A stretch of 64,000 bases of DNA from Chthoniobacteraceae bacterium (GTDB lineage Bacteria; Verrucomicrobiota; Verrucomicrobiia; Chthoniobacterales; Chthoniobacteraceae): NCBI GenBank assembly GCA_031409335.1, contig JANNWY010000307.1, forward strand, positions 32,001-96,000. Direction: 5' to 3'. A program made the translations under genes and the position numbers. Below the pieces are notes generated by a model, which had not been told where the DNA came from, made no database searches, and worked only from the letters and a program-made list of their open reading frames with translations. Positions 47,701-53,943 of the stretch are shown one piece after another (positions within the stretch are counted from its first letter, which is position 1; every line of letters starts with the position of its first letter).

Positions 47701-50401
47701 ACTCAGCGGCGCAAACACCTCCTTCACCGGAGCCCTTACAGTCAATGCTGGCACGCTTAGCTTGGGCCACATCAATGCCTTGGGCGGCACCAGTGCAATC
47801 ACACTCACTGGTGGCACCACGCTTTCCACCAGCACCACTGGCATATCCACGAACGCGCCGATCACTCTGGGCGCCACTGGCACCGATTCCACGGTGGCAT
47901 TTGGTCGGGCCACAGCGGCCACGGGCTCGATCACACTCAACGGCTCAATCAGCGGCGCTGGCGATCTGATCTTTACCACGCCCAACAATAGTAGCGGCAA
48001 CAACCTGCAAACCATCTTGCTCGGATCGACGAATACCTACAGCGGCAGCACCCTCATCACGACCGGAAATACAGGCAACACCATGACGGTCAAATCCGGA
48101 GTCGCCAACGCTTTGCCGACGACCACCGTGCTCACCTTGGACGGCGGCAACGGCAGCGGCACCGGTCGGACGACCTCGTATGATCTAAACGGCTACAACC
48201 AAACCCTCGCTGGCCTGACTAACACCACGGGCCTGACATTGCGCAACCAGAGAATTTTCAACAGCGGCGGCGAAGCTGCGATACTCGCGATCAACAATTC
48301 CGCGAGCTACAGCTTTTCCGGCAACATCAACGGTGCCGGCCTGGAGTTGCTCAAATCGGGTGCTGGCACCCAGACTCTCTCGGGTGCGAACACCTACAAC
48401 GGCAGCACCACGATCAGCGCAGGCATCCTCAGCCTCGGCCACAGCCAAGCGATGCAAAACAGTGCGTTGGAAACATTCGACAGCGTCGCGGGCAACGCGA
48501 CCAGCGGCCTCAGAACCACGGTGACCACTTTGACGCTCGGCGGACTCACCGGCGACAGAGCCCTCGCTTCCGTCTTCACGACCACTTCCGGCGGGTACTC
48601 GGGAGTGACCGCGCTGACGCTGAATCCCGACACCGGAGCCACCCACAGCTACTCCGGCATCATCGCCAACGGAGCCGCCGGCATGACCCTCTCCAAGACC
48701 GGTCTAGGCACCCAGATCCTCTCCGGGGCTGACACCTACACCGGCCTGACCAATGTCACTGCGGGCACCCTGACGCTTTCTGGCAACCGCACAACTCAGG
48801 CGACCGGTGGTTTCAGTATCGGCACGGTGACCGGGAGCACAGGCACTTTGAACGTCACGAACGGCGCATTCACGGTTGGAACCTCTGGATCGAATTTTCT
48901 CGTCGGCAACGGCACCGACAGCACAGGCATCCTCAATCAATCCGGCGGCAGCCTGACGACCATCGGCAACCAGTTGCTAGTCGGGAATGGTGATTCCACC
49001 GGCATCTACAATCTCAGCGCAGGAACGCTCACCACGGTCGCCGGTTCACTCGGCGTCACAATCGGAGTCAACACGGGTGCCACTGCCACCTTCAACCTCA
49101 GCGGCACGGGCACACTCACCATGCCCGCGGACTCCACTCTGCAAATCTGCCGCTCGGATAGTAACGCGGCATCAGGCGTGACCGGCACCTTTTCACAGAC
49201 AGGTGGAACCGCCACGGTTGGAATCCTTCAGATGGGTGGCAGCGCTACGACCCCTGCCAACAATGCCAATGCCAATGCCACTCTGAGCCTCGCTGGGGGC
49301 AGTTTCTCGGTCACGACGTTCAGCGTCCTCTCGGGTGCCGACAACAGCACCTCCACGATCAACATCGGCGGCACGGCCATTGTCACCCTGCCCGCCTTCC
49401 CGACCGTGCGCGGCTCGGGTTCCACGGCGACCCTCTATTTCGACGGCGGCATCCTCAAATCGCTCGCCTCCAGCACCGCCTACCTCGGCGGCCTCACCAA
49501 TGCCTTCATCAAGGCCGGCGGCGCCACCTTCGATACCACCAATGGCAGCATCACCATCAGCCAGACCCTCCTGACGGATGCAGTCTCCACCGGCGGCGGC
49601 CTCACCAAGAATGGGTCCAACACTCTCACCCTCACTGGCGCGAACACCTACACTGGTGACACGACCGTCACCGCTGGCTCGCTGGCCTTGGGCGCGAGCA
49701 ACGTCCTGCCCGACAGCGCGGCGGTCTCCATCGGCAACGCCACACTCGATGCGGCGACCTTTACCGACACCGTCGGAACCCTAGACGTCACGGGCACATC
49801 CACCATCAATCTAGGTGCCAGTCCCGCCCTGGCCTTCGCCAACAGCAGCGCGATCGACTGGACCGGCGGCACGCTCAATCTCACTGGAACCTTCGTATCC
49901 GGCGCGTCCCTCCGCTTCGGCACGAATAGCAGTGGCCTGACACCCACCCAGCTTACCCTCATCTCAGCACCCGGATTCAATTCCTTCGCCCTGAATGCAA
50001 GCGGCTACCTAACGGCCAGCGTGCCAACCGCTTTCTCCTCGTGGATCACCGGCACCTTCACCGGCGGGGCGAGCGTCCCGGTGAATCAGCAAGGCCCCAA
50101 TGACGACCCCGACAACGACGGCATCAGCAATCTCCTGGAATACGCCGTGGCCGGTCAGGATCCGACGGTATCTAGCGCCTCCGTCGGCACCTTCAGCGAC
50201 AACACCCTCAGCTTCACCAAGCGCCCCGGCACCAGCGGCCTTACCTACTCGATTCAGGACTCCACCGACCTCGGCGTGACCGACGCTTGGACGGAGGTCG
50301 CGGCCGGCTCCTACGTGAACAGCGCGACCACCATCTCCTACACCCTCACACCGGGCACCCCGGTGAGCTACTTCCTGCGTCTCCTGATCCTGCAGAACTG
50401 A
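41723..50401 (+). CDS. Giant (~2900 aa) secreted heparinase II/III-like polysaccharide lyase with beta-strand-repeat stalk and Ca-binding C-terminal domain
   Basis: Signal peptide WWVIVVALAVFTPLAGHA (true start likely TTG 41723 or nearby, not 41342); LYYLTGDAKYA, SNW, WPES.QY, FGDG, HSHASGMSMELFG, ASNNTVIVNG; repeats; DDPDNDGISNLLEY. Confidence 0.82.
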   Translation: MITHIPDARSQSAPSRRPPPRGLLSRGWWVIVVALAVFTPLAGHAAAIYGEISDTEVRSDGVVSAANGNSMLSGGSGSPIMDRAAVYVIQLPSLGAVANPFTTATLRFNLASKTGTPPNLDLYGLGRRASSAVLAGDYYGGTGTADPSDATLLQDNILISTTATGVISTSATGSTALKNYLNAQYASGAGAGQYVFLRVSSDSPSTTVKSYTLTSADGGTVGPPDKRPQISYTLASLSYARPFIWVRDSEKAGILAKIAGNPWAASVYNGMVSRVAADVASHQSNRDAFLRGLPVDWTLATPKFKTIPAYSESSVRFAAEGKFNDGVDCAVLYYLTGDAKYARLAADVLHNAVKTLLPVAPSTGTGNGGWIFQDDLLKEARVTGTQLPIIYDFLYSWLQTNQVYDVDTAAMVNFNFTSGQSVFRTLYQLVRDHGQKESNWSALMATCMLNNLLALDSSTERATALQIYLTTGTSRQASLDYDYRHFTEAGNIWPESLQYAGAVGSIRTSHMVLLERVDPSLNLFDPYPNLPLSLPRISYLRYPNGEQIMFGDGHRAGTNGSFSDYELVYQHALARGRTDLTSFFGSLINGGVAAGHYNRSNLSGYSALGNHDEPLQLLWQAASLSEPAVSPTLPRTDTLPFAGVALQRNPAPFSNSTYGLMGFVGGAAHIHSHASGMSMELFGMGEVMGAKAGTESYGSTINENYYRLFASNNTVIVNGASRGEGGWGGFGINTVQTVAMEPQPFATAVSPHFSFTTSSFADDKGTQAEGTQQRTLAIVRTSPTTGFYVDVFRSKSTVTNRVATTLTGNVTNQYHDYIYRNIGETAVDLRANGVTLPLTSQTNRFQNDIGDANEQPGWRYFDNTVVSNLTSQSVRAQFVATVSGTARYMDMHMPAVASREYAKVDSPAILEAPSPYDTRVAPTLVVRQIGEAWNKAFATVYEPHFGSTGGTVQNVTQLLRSGIVVGVKVESTVLGKNLVQYIISNPGSAETYTDAAIGLSFTGRFGIASDNGDGTTTLYLGVGSSLSYRGNSVATASAASSQAEVRFVPGQTPVITANTTVNVISAPPPPGGNWVPTVGGAGFDWTNTTNWNPAVVPNSVGGIARKNINLTGDQTVNVNTPITLGELVVGDSSGSENTTLQKNTSGSFVFDQTDAGLAYLTRTAGGTGTVTFASDLNITLNDNLTVRLAGGSASSTMVIAGTLAGSDKSLSKEGDSLTLALAGANTYSGATRILGGILSLDHGMAMQNSELDTLNSDTGDATNGLRTTMTTLTLGGLTGDKSLASVFTTTSGGYSGVTALTLNTETGAAPSYSGGIANGAIGMTLTKTGPGTQTLAGTNTYTGNTTVAANSGTLEISGPGKLGNGAYAGAITIGSGSVFRYSSTAAQTLDGAISGTGALAKSTNSSTLTLGGANTSFTGSVTVSSGMLVLDHANALSSASAISLSGAASLKPTVQNATIIAPITLNSNPTIHAPDFGSGSTTSTLTLAGAISGSGNLTLSSTSAVASNSSQTIRLNAQSGYTGSTTFNPAENDANLIVKLGITNALPPATVLSINGVVGGGSGRSNKFDLNGFSQTLGGLQNTAANSRTQQILNSSTTATLTINNTADYTFSGDIDGTNLSLTKTGSGTQTLSGTNSYTGTTTLNAGKLRGVVGGNCVNSAVTLNNSATTLGVSISDNTKIWTCAALTTSAAGKLEFDFGAILPGTISPLTITGLASFATTPTVRVIVSTGLAPGTYPLISWGSTSGTVPSVVSVLKPDGTNGLAGGTVASLSVVGTKLNLVITANVSTLTKANNATNLNVGTSWVGNLAPGLASTARWNSTVTAANTTVLGANMTWAGIIVANPTGTVTINAGHTLTLGENDNDIDLSAATANLTLNCPLTLGDANVWNVTTGRTLTIGGVVSGAFPVTKEGAGTAILSGTNTYTGDTAISANSGTLDIGGAGKLGNGTYAGAIEIGSGSLFKYSSSAAQTLSGAISGAGAIIKNTGTSTLTLSGANTSFTGALTVNAGTLSLGHINALGGTSAITLTGGTTLSTSTTGISTNAPITLGATGTDSTVAFGRATAATGSITLNGSISGAGDLIFTTPNNSSGNNLQTILLGSTNTYSGSTLITTGNTGNTMTVKSGVANALPTTTVLTLDGGNGSGTGRTTSYDLNGYNQTLAGLTNTTGLTLRNQRIFNSGGEAAILAINNSASYSFSGNINGAGLELLKSGAGTQTLSGANTYNGSTTISAGILSLGHSQAMQNSALETFDSVAGNATSGLRTTVTTLTLGGLTGDRALASVFTTTSGGYSGVTALTLNPDTGATHSYSGIIANGAAGMTLSKTGLGTQILSGADTYTGLTNVTAGTLTLSGNRTTQATGGFSIGTVTGSTGTLNVTNGAFTVGTSGSNFLVGNGTDSTGILNQSGGSLTTIGNQLLVGNGDSTGIYNLSAGTLTTVAGSLGVTIGVNTGATATFNLSGTGTLTMPADSTLQICRSDSNAASGVTGTFSQTGGTATVGILQMGGSATTPANNANANATLSLAGGSFSVTTFSVLSGADNSTSTINIGGTAIVTLPAFPTVRGSGSTATLYFDGGILKSLASSTAYLGGLTNAFIKAGGATFDTTNGSITISQTLLTDAVSTGGGLTKNGSNTLTLTGANTYTGDTTVTAGSLALGASNVLPDSAAVSIGNATLDAATFTDTVGTLDVTGTSTINLGASPALAFANSSAIDWTGGTLNLTGTFVSGASLRFGTNSSGLTPTQLTLISAPGFNSFALNASGYLTASVPTAFSSWITGTFTGGASVPVNQQGPNDDPDNDGISNLLEYAVAGQDPTVSSASVGTFSDNTLSFTKRPGTSGLTYSIQDSTDLGVTDAWTEVAAGSYVNSATTISYTLTPGTPVSYFLRLLILQN

Positions 50402-50502
50402 AGAGCGGATTCCTCCTCTTTCCATCAGCAATCCAAAATCCACCATCCCGCCTCACCCGACATCTTGTGAGCACAGTCACCAAACCACTATCGCCCGCCG
50501 CC

Positions 50503-50679
50503 ATGAACCACGCCCCTTCGTCCAAGCCCGCTATCCTCCACGCGCCACAGCTTTTCATTCCCCTCCCAGCCCGCGAGCGTTTTGCCATCAAACATCGGCG
50601 TGGTTTTCCCCACCGGAGGAGGCGGCTCGGCGTGGAGGGTGAATGAGCCAAAGACGAGGAGGACGAGCAGGGGTTTCAT
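50503..50679. pseudogene. Convergent fusion of two 5' gene fragments (paralogs of the 36851 gene and the PVC gene)
   Basis: 50503-50538 (+) MNHAPSSKPAIL vs MNYAPSSKPAIL; 50533-50679 (-) MKP...FTLHAEPPPPVGKTTPMFDGKTLAGWEGNEKLWRVED matches the PVC N-terminus. Confidence 0.85.
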
Positions 50680-50770
50680 GGATGGAAAGGTTGCTTGGTG
50701 TGAATCCGATCGTCGAGGTTGTCTTGGGGAAAGTCGGGCAACGCATGCGCCCATCCGCGCGGCGCGAATT

Positions 50771-50808
50771 TCCATCAAATCGTTGCTTCAACGTCATCAC
50801 GATGTCAC
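50771..50808 (+). promoter_or_regulatory. Putative Pho box
   Basis: 11-bp register TCCAT/GTTGC/GTCAT/GTCAC at 50771/50782/50793/50804 upstream of phoD. Confidence 0.55.
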
Positions 50809-50858
50809 GGCGCTCCACTTCACTCGGAGGAGCTTTTCAAACCACAAACCCTGCACCC

Positions 50859-52643
50859 ATGAAACACGCTCCGAATATCCTGCTCGCTTCCATCTCTTCA
50901 CTCGCTGCTGCCGCCGTCGCGCTGCCGATCGCGGCTCGCGCGGAGCTGCCGCTCGGGGTCGCCGCGGGCGATACGACCCAGACTTCCTCCGTCCTCTGGG
51001 GAAAGGCGAATGCGCCCGGGGCCGTCGCCTTTGACATCGCGACGGACGCCGCCTTTACCAACATCGTCGGTTCGCAATCCGTAACGGTGCTCGACGCCAC
51101 GCTGCCTGCGAAGTGGGACGTGAGCGGGCTGGCGGCGGGAACGCAATATTACTACCGCGCGTCGGACGATGGCGGGGCGAGCTTTTCGCGGGGACTGTTC
51201 CGCACTTTTGAAAATGCCGGCGTCGGCGCGGGCGTTCACTTTGGCGTGAGCGGCGACTGGCGCGGGGAACTCGGCTCGTACCCGGCGGTGGCAAATGCCG
51301 CGGGTCGCAATCTGGATTTCTTCGTGGCGCTCGGGGACACGATCTATGGCGATGTCGCTTCGCCAGCTTCGGCAGGCTTCACGAATCCAAACCAGGCTCA
51401 GACGCTGGCGGAGTATCGCGCGAAACACGCGGAGGGTTACGGGCCGGGCCTGACGGGGACGAGCACGCTGGCGGCGCTGCGCGCTTCGACTTCCACGTTC
51501 GTCACAATCGACGATCACGAGGTGACGAACGATTTCGCGGGTGGCGCGCTCATTTCCAGCGATGCGCGTTTTACCGGGACACCCACCGATCGCATCAATG
51601 ACAGCGCGCTTTACAACAACGGGCGGCAGGCGTTTCAGGAATACAATCCCGTGCGCGACTTGAGCTATGGCGTGGTGGGTGGCGATGGCCGGATGGATGG
51701 GGAAAAGAAGCTTTATCGCGCCCAGCAGTTTGGCAGCAAGGCGGCGATGTTCATGCTGGATGCGCGTTCGTTTCGCGACAAGGAGGCGGTGCTCAGCGGG
51801 CCGGGTGCAAATCCCGGCGAGGTCTTCGTGCCGGGTCGCACGATGCTGGGCAGCCAGCAACTCGCGGACGTGAAAGCGGACCTGCTCTCCGCGCAAGGCA
51901 GCGGAGTAACGTGGAAATTCGTGATGGTGCCCGAGCCGATGCAGCAGCTCGGCGCGATCGGTGCGGCAGACCGTTTCGAGGGTTACTTTTCCGAACGCAA
52001 CGACCTGCTTTCCTTCATCGACGCGAACGACATCCAGAATGTGGTCTTCGTCGCGGCGGACATTCACGGGACGGTGCTGAACGATGTGAACTATTCGAGC
52101 ACTGGTTTCCCCGGAGGCGCGACGCTCCCGAGCGGTGCGTTCGAGATCACGACTGGGTCGGTTGCGTATGACAAGCCATTCACGCCCACCGTCATCGACC
52201 TCGCGGAGGGGGCCGGACTTATCCCGCCCGCCACGGCTGCGTTTCTGCGGAGCCTTCCACCCGCGGCGCAGGATGCGCAGGTCGCAAATATCATCAACTC
52301 CGCGATCGCGAACGACGCGCTCTTCGGCCCGCTCGACCCACTCGGCCTGGAACTCGGGGAAGGCATCGACTTCAACATGCTGCAAGGACCGGCGAATGGG
52401 TTCGTGGGTTCGACCTTCGGCTGGACGGAATTCGATATCGCAGCCGATGGGTTGCTGACAGTGACGACCTGGGGCGTCCCCGCGTACGATCTCGCCGACC
52501 TGCAAGCGAACCCAGCCGCCATCGCCGCGCTCACGCCAACGATTCAGAGCCAGTTCACCGTCGCGCCCGTGCCCGAACCGACTTCCGCGAGTTTGCTCCT
52601 GGCAAGTTTGTGCGGATGGCTCGGACGGCGCCGCCGCCGTTGA
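50859..52643 (+). CDS. phoD: Alkaline phosphatase D with PEP-CTERM anchor
   Basis: GVAAGD..QTSSVLW, LGDTIYGD, IDDHEVTND, LDARSFRD, TMLG..Q, AADIH, FG; C-terminal VPEPTSASLLLASLCGWLGRRRRR. Confidence 0.9.
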   Translation: MKHAPNILLASISSLAAAAVALPIAARAELPLGVAAGDTTQTSSVLWGKANAPGAVAFDIATDAAFTNIVGSQSVTVLDATLPAKWDVSGLAAGTQYYYRASDDGGASFSRGLFRTFENAGVGAGVHFGVSGDWRGELGSYPAVANAAGRNLDFFVALGDTIYGDVASPASAGFTNPNQAQTLAEYRAKHAEGYGPGLTGTSTLAALRASTSTFVTIDDHEVTNDFAGGALISSDARFTGTPTDRINDSALYNNGRQAFQEYNPVRDLSYGVVGGDGRMDGEKKLYRAQQFGSKAAMFMLDARSFRDKEAVLSGPGANPGEVFVPGRTMLGSQQLADVKADLLSAQGSGVTWKFVMVPEPMQQLGAIGAADRFEGYFSERNDLLSFIDANDIQNVVFVAADIHGTVLNDVNYSSTGFPGGATLPSGAFEITTGSVAYDKPFTPTVIDLAEGAGLIPPATAAFLRSLPPAAQDAQVANIINSAIANDALFGPLDPLGLELGEGIDFNMLQGPANGFVGSTFGWTEFDIAADGLLTVTTWGVPAYDLADLQANPAAIAALTPTIQSQFTVAPVPEPTSASLLLASLCGWLGRRRRR

Positions 52644-53676
52644 GCGCAGCCCGAGTCGCGGGAGGTTTGCCTCCTTTGCCGTAGATTGAAGTTGGCCGGG
52701 AAATTCTCGCGGTCTGATCTCGGTCGGCGGGCGTGGCTGACTCGCTGGCCAGCGCGCCGCAGCGCAAGCCCCGGCGGCTCACGGTCAGGGAATCGAAATC
52801 CAGGCACGCGAGCGCCGTGTCAAAGATTGCGGCACCGGTCAGGATCACGTCGGCGCGCTTCTCTGGCAGACCAGCGATCAGTTTCCGCTCGCGCAAGGAG
52901 AGCTGCCAGAGGCGTTCGGTGTGAAAATGAACCTCGCTGCGCGACATTTGCAGTGTCGGGATTTTCCCATCACGCCGCCTGCCGCCTGCCTGCATGGTGG
53001 CGAGGCAGATCGCCGTGCCGCCGGTTCCGAAGAATTGGAAATCGTGTGCCGCGGACCCCAGTTCGGATCGCACGTCGGGCGCGACGGACGCGGTGAAAAA
53101 CTGTTCTAGGAATTCCGTGCACCGTTCCCGATCTCCGGCGGTCGGCGGATCGCTCATCGGCAGCATTTCCATGAACCGGACTGTCCCCAATTGATAGCTC
53201 CGACGGAATCGAATCCGGTCTCCGCTCGATACGATCAACTCCGTGCTCCCCCCACCCACGTCCAAAATTACGAGTGATTTTCCGGTGATCGCCGGATCGG
53301 AGGCCACGCCGCGATGGACCAGTTCCGCCTCACGCACGCCAGAGATCACCTCCAGCGGGAGACCGGTTCGCGCCAGCACCAGCGCTTCGAATTCACCGCG
53401 ATTGAGGGCATCGCGAACGGCGCTGGTGGCGACGAGGCGGATCGACTGCGGTTGAAAGTGCGCGGCGCGTTCGATGAGTTCCTTGATGGCAAAAATCGCG
53501 GCATTCATCGACTCGGGCTGAAGGCTCCGCGACAGATAAAGGCCCGTGCCGAGACGCGCGGAATTTTTGGCGGTGGCATCAAGAACCGGCGTCACCGCTT
53601 CCGGGGTCACGCTGGCCACCAGAAGTTTTACCGAATTCGTGCCGAGGTCGATGACCGCTTTGATTTCTGGATTCAT
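52555..53676 (-). CDS. ppx: Ppx/GppA family exopolyphosphatase (short form)
   Basis: IDLGTNS, VATSAVRDA.N, ISG..EA, DVGGGSTE, GTGGT, RADVI..G, GLR.G; 3' end overlaps phoD. Confidence 0.88.
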   Translation of the reverse strand: MNPEIKAVIDLGTNSVKLLVASVTPEAVTPVLDATAKNSARLGTGLYLSRSLQPESMNAAIFAIKELIERAAHFQPQSIRLVATSAVRDALNRGEFEALVLARTGLPLEVISGVREAELVHRGVASDPAITGKSLVILDVGGGSTELIVSSGDRIRFRRSYQLGTVRFMEMLPMSDPPTAGDRERCTEFLEQFFTASVAPDVRSELGSAAHDFQFFGTGGTAICLATMQAGGRRRDGKIPTLQMSRSEVHFHTERLWQLSLRERKLIAGLPEKRADVILTGAAIFDTALACLDFDSLTVSRRGLRCGALASESATPADRDQTARISRPTSIYGKGGKPPATRAALNGGGAVRAIRTNLPGANSRKSVRARARR

Positions 53677-53779
53677 GGTGGCCAGTGATTTGAGGCGGAG
53701 CGTCCGGTGCTTTCCACCGAGATTCTTTGTTACGGACCTATATCAAACGAATGGTGGCCTCATTGAGATGCGTCAAATG

Positions 53780-53881
53780 CGTCAATATCACGATTTGATG
53801 GCGTTCTGATGACGGCGGAGGGTTTCGATGTCCAGACCGACAAGCCGCGACACCCAAACGCCACGAAATCTTCACGAACCG
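53780..53881. promoter_or_regulatory. Divergent Pho-box-like 11-bp repeats
   Basis: Minus strand GTCATCAGAAC-GCCATCAAATC-GTGAT toward ppx; plus strand GACAC/GCCAC/TTCAC at 53849/53860/53871. Confidence 0.45.
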
Positions 53882-53943
53882 GCGCTCAACGAACTGCCTA
53901 AAATGCGCTTTATTGAAAGCGCAGTTTCGGCCTCCCCAAATCT

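Noticed and set aside
36851..50401. Classical type Va autotransporters
   Set aside because: No C-terminal beta-barrel; the proteins end in PEP-CTERM or the Ca-binding CTD
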